From an uncultured Nitrososphaerota archaeon (GTDB taxonomy: Archaea > Korarchaeota > Korarchaeia > Korarchaeales > Korarchaeaceae), in assembly GCA_964594835.1 (NCBI GenBank), contig CAZQNA010000004.1, forward strand, positions 106,450 to 170,449: 64,000 nucleotides of DNA, in the 5' to 3' direction. This document shows, in pieces, positions 1 through 9,040 of the stretch (its first letter is position 1; the number at the start of each line of letters is the position of its first letter). Both the position numbers and the translations under genes were made by a program. Under the pieces are notes generated by a model. The model was not told where the DNA came from and ran no database searches. It saw only the letters and a program-made list of their open reading frames with translations.

Positions 1-22
1 TCCTGTACTCGCCCCCCTCCAA
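1..22 (-). CDS. probable 5' end of a gene running off the left edge of the window
   Basis: TTG at 22-20 on the minus strand is preceded by a GGTGAGGGG Shine-Dalgarno-like motif; only 7 codons are visible. Confidence 0.3.
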
Positions 23-92
23 CGGATCCCCTCACCCCGCCGCATCCTGCGACATTTTTAACCCCCCACGCGGGCGATGTATCGGAAAGGCG

Positions 93-1193
93 ATGTTCGA
101 GCCCCTCTTCGACGATCCGATCAGGGCCGTGTCGAAGCACTTCCAGGTCCTGGACGTCAGGGAGGTCGGAGGAGGATACGACTTCCTCGTGACCCCCCTC
201 CCGGGATCCGACGTGAAGAGCGAGTTTCGACTCCTCGTGAACGATCTGAGCGACATGGACATGCTGCCCAAGCTGGTTCGCTCCAGGGAGGGCCCCTACC
301 TCCTGCTGGTCAGGAGGATCAGGAGGCCGGGGCCGCTTGCGGCCTGGAAGAGCCTCCTCTCCCTAGCGGTGAGCGCCGCCACAGTCTGGATCAGCGGCTC
401 GATGCTGTCCTCCAGCTTCAGGGACCTCGTGACCAGGGTGGACGTCCAGTTCATCAGCGAGCTCGGGAGGTCCATGAGGCTCATCGACCCGATCTTCTTC
501 GTCATCCCCCTGTTCGCCATCCTGGGGATCCACGAGTTCGGCCACATGCTGGCGACCCGCAGGTGGGGCGGGGAGTGGGAGCCCCCCGTGTTCATTCCGG
601 GCCCGCCGCCGCTGGGCACATTCGGGGCCGTGATAAGGAGCGCCAAGGTCCCCGTGAACCGGGACGAGGTGTTCGACATGGGCCTGTCCGGCCCGATCTC
701 TGGCTTCATACCCGCCGTCGCCGTGACCGTCCTGGGTCTCCTGACCTCGCCGGTCCTCCCCTCAGAGGTCGCAGTTCAGCTGTCCAAGCAGGAGGGCCTT
801 CAGTTCGTCCCCACGCCCCTCCTCTTCGGACTCATCCAGAGGGGCCTGTCGGTCCCGGAGGGAACAGCCGTCATAATGTCCCCGATAGCCTTTGCCGGTT
901 GGGCGGGCCTAATACTGACGTTTCTAAACCTCCTACCGGCGGGTCAGCTCGATGGGGGGCACGTGGTGTACGCGCTGGTCCCTAACGCCAGGCTAAGGTC
1001 AGTCCTGGGCCTCACGGCGGTCCTCGTCGCGATGCTCTACAGCCCCTTCATGGCGCTCCTCGTCGCCCTGTTCACCTTCACAAGGCACCCTCCGCCCCTG
1101 GACGAGGTCAGCCCCCTGTCCACGTCCAGGAAGGTGGCGGGACTCGCGATCTACCTGGCGGTCCTCCTGCTCACGGCCCCGGTTCCCCTGTGA
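93..1193 (+). CDS. site-2 protease (peptidase M50) family membrane metalloprotease
   Basis: HEFGH zinc motif, NLLPAGQLDGGH motif, several hydrophobic segments. Confidence 0.92.
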   Translation: MFEPLFDDPIRAVSKHFQVLDVREVGGGYDFLVTPLPGSDVKSEFRLLVNDLSDMDMLPKLVRSREGPYLLLVRRIRRPGPLAAWKSLLSLAVSAATVWISGSMLSSSFRDLVTRVDVQFISELGRSMRLIDPIFFVIPLFAILGIHEFGHMLATRRWGGEWEPPVFIPGPPPLGTFGAVIRSAKVPVNRDEVFDMGLSGPISGFIPAVAVTVLGLLTSPVLPSEVAVQLSKQEGLQFVPTPLLFGLIQRGLSVPEGTAVIMSPIAFAGWAGLILTFLNLLPAGQLDGGHVVYALVPNARLRSVLGLTAVLVAMLYSPFMALLVALFTFTRHPPPLDEVSPLSTSRKVAGLAIYLAVLLLTAPVPL

Positions 1194-1650
1194 CTCCGGG
1201 CGCGGGGTCGAAGCGCGGGGCCGCGATGCCCCTCCTCAGACTCTCCTCCATCATGCAGACGCCCCATACCACCTTCATTCCGGCCCTCAAGCAGGTCAGG
1301 ATTGCCTCCTCGTCCTCAGATCCCGGCTGGAACCAGATCCTCTCCAGACCAAGCCTGACCGCCTCCGACGCAACGCTCCGGCTCACCTCGGGAGGGACCA
1401 CGACGTTGACCACGTCGGGCCTCTCCGGGAGGCTGCCCAGCGAGGGGTAGGCCCTGTCACCGTCTATGGAATCGGCCCTCGGGTTCACGGGGTAGACCCT
1501 CCTGTACCCGGCCTCCTTGAAGAATCTGTACAGCCTGTAGCCCCACTTCTCCGGGTTTCTGGATGCCCCCACCACGGCCACGACGTTGTTCACGTTCAAG
1601 AAATCGTCTAGGAGCTCTGAGAGGTTCTCTGGAATGCGGGGGAGTCCCAT
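1171..1650 (-). CDS. CoA-binding protein (YccU-like)
   Basis: VAVVGASRNPEKWG, YPVNP and WFQPG motifs; start moved to ATG 1650 because the longer ORF overlaps rps25e. Confidence 0.9.
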   Translation of the reverse strand: MGLPRIPENLSELLDDFLNVNNVVAVVGASRNPEKWGYRLYRFFKEAGYRRVYPVNPRADSIDGDRAYPSLGSLPERPDVVNVVVPPEVSRSVASEAVRLGLERIWFQPGSEDEEAILTCLRAGMKVVWGVCMMEESLRRGIAAPRFDPAPGVTGEPGP

Positions 1651-1682
1651 TTTCGGCTCCCGTCCCGGGCTGGGACGGCGGG

Positions 1683-1690
1683 TATATAAG
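1683..1690. promoter_or_regulatory. TATA box between the divergent CoA-binding and rps25e genes
   Basis: TATATAAG in a GC-rich background between divergent starts at 1650 and 1745. Confidence 0.55.
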
Positions 1691-1744
1691 CGGATCGGCT
1701 CCGCAAACCTCATATAGGCGGGGCGGGGGACCTCACCGATCGGC

Positions 1745-1984
1745 ATGAGTTCGCAGGTCGCGGAGAAGAAGGTGCGGGCCCCGGACGTCACTCCAGAGCT
1801 CCTAGAGGAGATAAAGAAGTACGTCCAGCGGGCGAAGGTCGTCACTCCCCAGTCGCTGGCGATCAAGTACGACGTAAGGGTCAGCGTGGCCAAGAGGCTC
1901 CTCCGTCAGTTTGAGAGGGACGGGCTGGTCGTCTACGTGGATGGAAACTCCAAGCTCAGGATATACCGGGGCGCCAAGGCGTAG
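1745..1984 (+). CDS. rps25e: 30S ribosomal protein S25e
   Basis: 79 aa basic protein; VVTPQSLAIKYDVRVSVAKRLLRQFERDG..LRIY matches the eS25 winged helix. Confidence 0.88.
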   Translation: MSSQVAEKKVRAPDVTPELLEEIKKYVQRAKVVTPQSLAIKYDVRVSVAKRLLRQFERDGLVVYVDGNSKLRIYRGAKA

Positions 1985-2067
1985 GGCCGGGCCCCGACCT
2001 GGGGCGAGTTTTTTATGGAGCCCAGCCCAATACCATAGGCAGGCCCCGCTTTTTCGCCGCCCGGGAG

Positions 2068-2469
2068 GTGTGGGGGCTGGTTGAGTCAGTTGAGAGCTAC
2101 TTGGTAGAGGTTGCGATGCCCTCCGGCACAGCTGAGGTGGAGATAAAGAGGCACCTGTCGCCTCTGACCGCCGAGAGGCTGTACAGGAGTCTGCCGAAGA
2201 GTGCTCTGGTGGTCAGGGACGGTCCGAAGGTCTACCTCTTCGTCGAGATGACCGCCAAGCTCGAGAAGGGCAGGAGGGAGCTTCGCAGGGGAGACGTGGC
2301 GTTCGTGCCCTCCAAGGGAGCCCTCCTAATAGCCCTCCGGAGGATGAGGCTCCCCTCCCCGGTGCTGATCCTGGGTGAGGTCGTGTCGGGCCTTGAGGTC
2401 CTTGAGTCGGCGGTGACCGGACAGACCGCCGAGGTTAGGAGGAAGGAGAACCGTGATGAGGGGAGTTGA
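2068..2469 (+). CDS. cyclophilin-like fold protein (DUF369-like)
   Basis: SPLTAERLYRSLP, RGDVAFVP, ILGEVVSGLEVL pattern. Confidence 0.7.
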   Translation: MWGLVESVESYLVEVAMPSGTAEVEIKRHLSPLTAERLYRSLPKSALVVRDGPKVYLFVEMTAKLEKGRRELRRGDVAFVPSKGALLIALRRMRLPSPVLILGEVVSGLEVLESAVTGQTAEVRRKENRDEGS

Positions 2470-3154
2470 GGCCATAGGCTGGGTGCTGGAGGAGCCGAAC
2501 TCCTTCTACCTGAGGCTGCCGTCCTGCGTGCTCCTGAACCTCGAGTCGCGCCTGGTCCTTGTGGATCCGGGGTCCACCCTGTCCCGAGAGGAGCTGGAGG
2601 CCATAGACAGGCTGGACGTCGTGGCGGTGACGCAGGACAGGAGGGATCACTACAGCAGGGACGCGGTCGTGCACCTCGCCAGGCGAACGGACGCCGCCGT
2701 GGTGACGAACAAGGCCGTGTTCAAGGACCTCAGGAGGCTCGTCCCGGATGAGAACATCGCGAGGCTCAGGCCGGGGGAGTCGGTCGACCTGGACGGGCTG
2801 AGGATTCACGCCCTGAGGGCAGTCCACCCCGGGCTCAACCCGCTCGTCCTCCTGATCGAGACCGACGGACTGGCCGCGTTTCACGGGTCTGGATCTGCGT
2901 ACTCCTCCGCGTTCAGGGCGTTCTCTCCAGTCGACATTGCGTTCGTCCCCGTTGGCGGGACCTCACCAACGGCGAGCGTGAACGACGCCATAAGGATGGC
3001 CAGGATCCTCAGCGCGACCGTCGCGGTCCCGATCAACGGGAGCGAGGGAGAGCTCACCACCTTCGTGGAGAGGGCCAGGAAGGCCCTTCCCGGAGTGAGG
3101 GTGATCCTGCCGGAGGACGGCGCAGCCTACAGGATCCGGCTACAGCCGGCCTGA
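2453..3154 (+). CDS. metallo-beta-lactamase-fold protein with degenerate metal ligands
   Basis: VLVDP, DVVAVTQDRRDH (THxHxDH-like), DIAFVPVGG, AVPING. Confidence 0.75.
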   Translation: MMRGVEAIGWVLEEPNSFYLRLPSCVLLNLESRLVLVDPGSTLSREELEAIDRLDVVAVTQDRRDHYSRDAVVHLARRTDAAVVTNKAVFKDLRRLVPDENIARLRPGESVDLDGLRIHALRAVHPGLNPLVLLIETDGLAAFHGSGSAYSSAFRAFSPVDIAFVPVGGTSPTASVNDAIRMARILSATVAVPINGSEGELTTFVERARKALPGVRVILPEDGAAYRIRLQPA

Positions 3155-4120
3155 CACGGAGTCCCAGCCGCCCTCTCTCAGCCCGATCAGCTCGCCCTCT
3201 CGCTCCAGGAACACCCCCTCTCCCGCCTCCACCCTGCCGATCCTGATGAGCCTGTACCCCCTGGAGCTGAGTTCCCGCTCGACAGAGTCGTAACTCTCCG
3301 GATCCACCGTCACGACCAGGTGAAACTCCTCGCCCCCGTAGAACACCGCCTCCACCGGGTCCACCCCACCCGCCGACGCGAGGCCGGCGAGCCGCGGGTC
3401 CAGCGGGGGTTCGTCCACGATCACCCTGACCCCGCTGGCCCTGGCAATGGAGTTCAGCGTCTTGAACAGGCCGTCGCTGCTGTCGGCCGAGGCCGTGACT
3501 CCCTCCATGGACCCGAGGAGGATCCCCTCGCCTATGGACGCCCTCGGCTCGTAGACTGCCCTTAGGGCCTCCACCCTGATGGGCTCCGGGACCTCCATGC
3601 GGCCGAGGGCCACCCGATAGCCGATCCAAGTCCAGCCGAACGTCCCCGTCACGGCGATCAGGTCTCCCACCCTGGCGCCGGCCCGCGGTATGACCCGCCC
3701 GGCGGCCCTCCCAACCCCGACGCCCGTCAGGACTATCTCGGTAGAGGAGTCCACGTCGCCCCCCAAGAGCTGAGCCCCAACTTCCTCCAGCCCCCACTCT
3801 ATCCCGCGGGCCACCTCCTCAAGATCCTCTCCACTGAACGTGCTGGGAACGCACATTGAGAGGAAGAAGTAGTCGGGCCTGGCCCCCTTGGCCGCGACGT
3901 CAGAGAAGGTCTGCACGACCACCTTCCTGGCCAGCCTGCGGAGGCCCATTCCGGGCAGGAGATCGGCGCCGCGCGTCACGGTGTCCACATTCACAACGTA
4001 GGTCCCGTCAAGCCTCACGGCAGAGGCGTCGTCTATCCCTATGGGAAGGAGGCCACCCCTGGCGGCCTGTTTGATCGATGCCAGCCTGGAGATTATCTCG
4101 CCCTCGCTCAAGCCCTCCAC
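3140..4120 (-). CDS. thiL: thiamine-monophosphate kinase
   Basis: SEGEII, IGIDDAS, SDVAAKGA, LLGGD, DSSDGL, GGEEFHL; GTG 4120 is preceded by GGTGA. Confidence 0.92.
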   Translation of the reverse strand: MEGLSEGEIISRLASIKQAARGGLLPIGIDDASAVRLDGTYVVNVDTVTRGADLLPGMGLRRLARKVVVQTFSDVAAKGARPDYFFLSMCVPSTFSGEDLEEVARGIEWGLEEVGAQLLGGDVDSSTEIVLTGVGVGRAAGRVIPRAGARVGDLIAVTGTFGWTWIGYRVALGRMEVPEPIRVEALRAVYEPRASIGEGILLGSMEGVTASADSSDGLFKTLNSIARASGVRVIVDEPPLDPRLAGLASAGGVDPVEAVFYGGEEFHLVVTVDPESYDSVERELSSRGYRLIRIGRVEAGEGVFLEREGELIGLREGGWDSVSGRL

Positions 4121-4190
4121 AGGATCACCGCGTGCGGTAGCAGCTAAAGATTTTGAGCACTTCGCGCGGCCGCCGCGCCGGTGTCTCGCT

Positions 4191-5528
4191 ATGGGTGAGC
4201 GGGTTCGGCGAGTCGTCATCATGGGGGCCGCCGGCAGGGACTTCCACAACTTCAACGTCTTCTTCAGGGACAATCCGGATTACAGGGTCGTCGCCTTCAC
4301 CGCGGCCCAGCTCCCCGACATCTGGGGGAGGAAGTACCCGCCCGAGCTGGCCGGCAGCCTCTACCCCGACGGAATCCCGATCCTGAGGGAGGAGGACCTT
4401 CCCGAGATAGTTAGGAGGGAGAAGGTCGACCTCGTGGTGTTCTCCTACAGCGACGTGTCCCACCAGTACCTCATGGAGAGGGCGGCCATAGCCCAGGCCG
4501 CGGGCGCGGACTTCATGCTACTCGGCCCGGAGAGCACCATGCTCAAGTCGAACAGGCCCGTCATAGCCGTGACGGCCGTCAGGACGGGCGCCGGAAAGAG
4601 CCCCACCAGCAGGAGGGTCGCCGCCATTCTGAAGGAGAGGGGGCTCCGGGTCGCGGTGATAAGGCACCCGATGCCCTACGGTGACCTGAGGAAGCAGATA
4701 GTTCAGAGGTTCGCCTCTCTGGAGGACCTCGACAGGCACGAGTGCACCATCGAGGAGAGGGAGGACTACGAGCCCCACATCAAGATGGGCAACGTCGTGT
4801 TCGCAGGGGTGGACTACGAGAAGATCCTGAGGGAGGCCGAGAAGGAGGCGGACGTGATACTGTGGGACGGCGGCAACAACGACTTCCCGTTCTACGTCCC
4901 GGACCTCTGGATCACAGTGGCCGACCCTCTGAGGGCCGGGCACGAACTCACCTACTGGCCGGGCTCCGTCAACGTCAGGGCCGCTGACGTGGTCATAATC
5001 AGCAAGGAGAACGTGGCCGGCGCCGACCAGATCGAGTGCGTCAGGAGCAACGTGATGAGGGTCAACCCGGGGGCGACGGTGATCGAGGCGGCCATGCCCT
5101 TGACGGTCGACGCGCCCGAGCTGATCAAGGGGAAGAGGGTCTTGGTGGTCGAGGACGGCCCCACGGTCACCCACGGGGAGATGGGCTACGGCGCAGGCTA
5201 CATGGCCGCCAGGAGATTTGGGGCTGCCGAGATAGTCGATCCAAGGCCCTACGCCGTCGGCTCCATCAGGGAGACCTACCAGAAGTACACCCACCTGGGA
5301 CCGGTGCTGCCGGCCGTCGGCTACAGCGACTGCCAGATGAGGGAGCTGGAGGAGACGATAAACAACGCCAACGCGGACTCGGTCATCCTGGGAACCCCGA
5401 CGGACCTCAGCAGGTACCTCCGGATAGACAAGCCCGCGGTTCACGTGAGATACGAGCTTCAGGAGATCGGCAGGCCGAACCTGGAGGACGTGATCGACGA
5501 GTTCCTCTCGAGGGTGGGCCTGAGGTGA
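4191..5528 (+). CDS. cyclic 2,3-diphosphoglycerate synthase-like P-loop protein (COG2403)
   Basis: IMGAAGRDFHNFN, AVRTGAGKS, RHPMPYG, WDGGNND, VEDGPT. Confidence 0.85.
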   Translation: MGERVRRVVIMGAAGRDFHNFNVFFRDNPDYRVVAFTAAQLPDIWGRKYPPELAGSLYPDGIPILREEDLPEIVRREKVDLVVFSYSDVSHQYLMERAAIAQAAGADFMLLGPESTMLKSNRPVIAVTAVRTGAGKSPTSRRVAAILKERGLRVAVIRHPMPYGDLRKQIVQRFASLEDLDRHECTIEEREDYEPHIKMGNVVFAGVDYEKILREAEKEADVILWDGGNNDFPFYVPDLWITVADPLRAGHELTYWPGSVNVRAADVVIISKENVAGADQIECVRSNVMRVNPGATVIEAAMPLTVDAPELIKGKRVLVVEDGPTVTHGEMGYGAGYMAARRFGAAEIVDPRPYAVGSIRETYQKYTHLGPVLPAVGYSDCQMRELEETINNANADSVILGTPTDLSRYLRIDKPAVHVRYELQEIGRPNLEDVIDEFLSRVGLR

Positions 5529-6307
5529 GCCGGTTGGAGGGCGAGAGGGAGCTTCGGATCTGGCGTCTCACCTGGCCGGAGTTCGCGAACCTGCTGGGGG
5601 ACACGGACCTGGTCATACTCCCGGTGGGGGTCGTCGAGGCCCACGGCCCCCACCTCCCCCTCGGCACCGACTTCATGCTCCCCGAGAGGCTGGCGCTGGA
5701 CCTGGCGCCCAAGCTCAACGCGGCCGTGGCGCCGGCGATTCCGTACGGGGTTGTGGGCTCCCTCTCGGCCTATCCCGGCACCATGGGGATCTCCCAGTCG
5801 ACCTTAGAGTCCCTTCTGTTCGATGTCCTCAGGGGGCTGGCGGAGAACGGCTTCGAGAGGGTGATCCTGATCAACGGGCACGGGGGGTCCGAGCACGTCG
5901 CGGCCCTCAAGTCCGCGACTAGGCGCGCGTGGAGGGAGCTGGGCGTGAGGACCGCCGTTGTCCACTGGTGGATCTACGCCGAGGGTCTCGCCAGGGAGTC
6001 GATCGGCGGAGGCCACGCGGCGGGGGTGGAGGCCGCAGCCGTGATGGCCACTTACCCAGAACTCGTGAAGACCCGCAGCCCGGCTGCGAGGGAGGTGTAC
6101 AGGGTGCGGGAGGGAATAGAGCCCTTCCCGGCCCCCGGGTCCGTCCTCCTGTACAGGGACCAGCCTGCCGACGTCCCGGACGAGGGGGTGTCCCGCGAGT
6201 TCTACTCCAAGCTCCTGGACAGCCTGACCGCCGAGCTGGGGCGGATCCTCGGCGGTTGGGACTACCAGGAGATTCCGATCGGTGAGGGGCTTGAGGAAGA
6301 GGGCTAA
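5525..6307 (+). CDS. creatininase / creatinine amidohydrolase family protein
   Basis: PVGVVEAHGPHLPLGTD, INGHGG, GHAAGVE; GTG overlaps the upstream stop. Confidence 0.88.
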   Translation: MSRLEGERELRIWRLTWPEFANLLGDTDLVILPVGVVEAHGPHLPLGTDFMLPERLALDLAPKLNAAVAPAIPYGVVGSLSAYPGTMGISQSTLESLLFDVLRGLAENGFERVILINGHGGSEHVAALKSATRRAWRELGVRTAVVHWWIYAEGLARESIGGGHAAGVEAAAVMATYPELVKTRSPAAREVYRVREGIEPFPAPGSVLLYRDQPADVPDEGVSREFYSKLLDSLTAELGRILGGWDYQEIPIGEGLEEEG

Positions 6308-7676
6308 GATCGTCGCCACCCTCGGCCCGGCGTCGTCGAACGAGGACACCGTGGCTGCGATGATGAGGGCCGGAGCTGACGCCTTCAGGGTGAACTTCTC
6401 TCACGGGAGCGAGGAGGACTGGAGGGCCTACGCCAGATCCGTCAGGGCCGCCGAGCGGAGGCTGGGCAGATGGGCGGCGCTGATAGGGGACCTCACCGGC
6501 CCCTCCGTCAGGCTTGGCGAGATGAGCAAGCCCATCTACGTGAAGAGGGGGGAGGTCCTGGAGCTCAGGATGGCCCAGCGGTCGGACGGGGGCTTCGTCC
6601 CGGTGCCCGTGAGGGAGTTCTTCGACGGGGTGGAGGAGGGCGACGAGCTCCTCGTTGACGAGGGGAGGGTCAGGCTCAGGGTGATGGAGGTGGGCCTGGA
6701 CCTGGTGAGGGCGCAGGCCGTGGTCGACGGGGTTGTGAAGCCGAAGAAGAGCCTGGCCATATTCGGGAAGGAGCTTGACATACCGACCTTCACGGAGAGG
6801 GACGCTCGCTGCGCGGAGTTCGCCGTTGAGCAGGGCTTCGACTACCTCGCCATGAGCTTCGTGCGGTCGGGCTCAGACGTCAGGCTCCTCAGGGACTTCC
6901 TCTCCGGGAGAGGCGGGGACGACGTGAGGATCATATCGAAGATAGAGACGAGGGCCGGGGTGGAGAGGCTCGAGGACATCGCGAGGGAGTCGGATGCCAT
7001 AATGGTCGCCAGGGGGGACCTGGGGAACTTCTTCCCCCTGGAGGACATCCCCGGACTTCAGAGGGAGATAATCGGGAAGTCTCTGTCCATGGGGAGGCCG
7101 GTCATCATCGCAACCCAGCTCCTGGAGAGCCTGATGTACAGCCCGGTGCCCACGAGGAGCGAGGTGGTCGACGTCATGGTGGCCGTGCGGGAGGGCGTCG
7201 ACGCCCTCATGCTGGCCGGCGAGACCGCGGCCGGGAGCTACCCGGTTGAGGCCGTGAGGTGGATGAGGAGGATCGTGGAGAGGGCCGAGCACGGGCGCCC
7301 CCCCGCCAGGGTGTCCGAGGGGGCAGAGAGCCTATACGACAGGTTTGCGAGGGGCATCGCACTGCTGGCAGAGAGCCTGGGGGCGAAAATAGCCGTATAC
7401 ACGAGGAGCGGGAGGACTGCGGCCAGGATATCGAGGTACAGGCCCATGACGGCCATCTACGCTGGATCCCCGAGCCAGCGCGTGGCCAGGCAGCTCTCAG
7501 TCCTGTGGGGCGTGTCTCCCATGGTCTTAGATGGTTCTTCGGGGAGAGAGGAGGCCCTGGAGGCCCTCTTATCGAGACTCCGCGAGATCCGCGAGGTGTC
7601 GTTTGGCGACATAGTCGTGGTCGCCTATGGAATCAGAGAGGGGGCAACGGAGGTAGTCAGGATAGTCCAGGTGTGA
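6282..7676 (+). CDS. pyk: pyruvate kinase
   Basis: KIVATLGPAS, RVNFSHG, SKIET, IMVARGDLG, ATQLLES, PTRSEV, GETA. Confidence 0.96.
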   Translation: MRGLRKRAKIVATLGPASSNEDTVAAMMRAGADAFRVNFSHGSEEDWRAYARSVRAAERRLGRWAALIGDLTGPSVRLGEMSKPIYVKRGEVLELRMAQRSDGGFVPVPVREFFDGVEEGDELLVDEGRVRLRVMEVGLDLVRAQAVVDGVVKPKKSLAIFGKELDIPTFTERDARCAEFAVEQGFDYLAMSFVRSGSDVRLLRDFLSGRGGDDVRIISKIETRAGVERLEDIARESDAIMVARGDLGNFFPLEDIPGLQREIIGKSLSMGRPVIIATQLLESLMYSPVPTRSEVVDVMVAVREGVDALMLAGETAAGSYPVEAVRWMRRIVERAEHGRPPARVSEGAESLYDRFARGIALLAESLGAKIAVYTRSGRTAARISRYRPMTAIYAGSPSQRVARQLSVLWGVSPMVLDGSSGREEALEALLSRLREIREVSFGDIVVVAYGIREGATEVVRIVQV

Positions 7677-8191
7677 TCCGCCCGAACAGGCCTCGGAGGA
7701 TAATTATCCAAAACCACCGTTGTGGGGCCATCTCGAGCGTAGGATAGCTCTCCAACGGGATAAGATGGCATATATCTGTTCGTATGATTAATTTCCTTCA
7801 GCGCCTCCAGGGACGGATCGATCGGCCCGGCGGCTCTGGTTCGAGCCTCAAACCATTAGTCGATCGACGTAATTACTCGGCCGACGGTGTTAAGGATGAG
7901 ATCGGTGAGTTGGATTGAGACGACCCGAGTCGGTGACTCGACCGCCATGGGGCGCCCCTAGAGTGGGTTGAATAACTCAACCAGTTAACGGGCGATTAAC
8001 GCTTTTTTGACCTTTAAATTCTCCCATATATTGGATATTAGTCTACCAAGATGTCCGATTAAGCCTTCGCAATGTGTTCGCGCCAGAGAGCACTCGGAAT
8101 CACGAGTCGATTCCGGTGTGAAGACCTGGGCCCAAGCGGCCAACCCCCTATTTTGCAATTGACGATTAGAACTGCCTTCGGGAGCACTATC

Positions 8192-8208
8192 AGAAGAGCT
8201 TAAATATA
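8192..8208 (+). promoter_or_regulatory. BRE/TATA promoter of the histone gene
   Basis: purine-rich AGAAGAG followed by TTAAATATA about 70 bp upstream of the start. Confidence 0.65.
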
Positions 8209-8280
8209 GCAGTCCCTCTTACTGATCAGGCCCCGTGTGAACGGGGTCAAGGTGTGACAGGATATAGGGGGTGTATGTAT

Positions 8281-8511
8281 ATGCCTCAGAGGTCTGCCAA
8301 GCACCTGCCCCTGGCTCCGGTCTACCGGATAATCAAGGAGGCCGGCGCCGAGAGGGTGAGCGACGCCGCCAAGGAGAGGCTCGCCTACTACCTCGAGAAG
8401 TTCGGGTCCGAGGTCGCCAAGTACGCGGCCGACCTCGCCCGGCACGCCAAGAGGAAGACCGTCACCGACAGGGACATCGAGCTGGCCGTGGAGGCCGTCT
8501 GGAAGAAGTAA
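8281..8511 (+). CDS. archaeal histone (HMf type)
   Basis: LPLAPVYRIIKEAGAERVS..A.HAKRKTVTDRDIELA histone fold; alternative ATG at 8275. Confidence 0.95.
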   Translation: MPQRSAKHLPLAPVYRIIKEAGAERVSDAAKERLAYYLEKFGSEVAKYAADLARHAKRKTVTDRDIELAVEAVWKK

Positions 8512-8528
8512 GCCGGCCTCCAACCCTC

Positions 8529-8543
8529 CTTCTCTTTTTTCTT
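8529..8543 (+). terminator. oligo-T archaeal terminator after the histone gene
   Basis: pyrimidine/T tract TTCTCTTTTTTCTT shortly after the stop. Confidence 0.6.
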
Positions 8544-8580
8544 GCCCTGGCGGGCTCCTTCAGCGAAAAGGCAGGTTGGA

Positions 8581-8976
8581 TCATCTTGGTCTACTGAGGA
8601 CCCCCTCCACAAGCTCCACGATCCTCTCCGCTGCCTTCACGGCGGCCTCTGAGTCAAGGCTCGTGCATGAGCCCTCCCTTGGACCCTCCACGCTCTTCTC
8701 CAGCCTGGCCTCGCAGGCCAGCGTTATCCACTTGGACCCCTCGCAGGCCTCTCTGAGCGCCCTCTCGAACTCCTCCCCAAGCCCCCTGGAGATCCTGTCC
8801 ATGTGATCGACCACGGCCCCTGTCGGCTCCAGCCCGAGCGATGCGAGGAGGCTCGTGAGTGCGACCTTGGCGGCCTCTTGAGCCTTCCTTATGGACGAGG
8901 CGCACCTCCCCTCGGCCTGCAGCCTCCTGGCCTCCTCAAGGATCCGCCTCGCCTCGTCCAACCTCAGGGGGCCCAC
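8581..8976 (-). CDS. HEPN-domain-like helical protein
   Basis: LDEARRILEEARRL..AQEAAKVALTSLLASLG..EAAVKAAERIVELV resembles archaeal HEPN; start uncertain (GTG 8976 or TTG 8961). Confidence 0.6.
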   Translation of the reverse strand: MGPLRLDEARRILEEARRLQAEGRCASSIRKAQEAAKVALTSLLASLGLEPTGAVVDHMDRISRGLGEEFERALREACEGSKWITLACEARLEKSVEGPREGSCTSLDSEAAVKAAERIVELVEGVLSRPR

Positions 8977-9040
8977 CTCCCGGGCGACAGGTGACGGTCT
9001 CCGTAATAAGCTCTGCACGGCCCCCCTCACGGCGCCGAGG

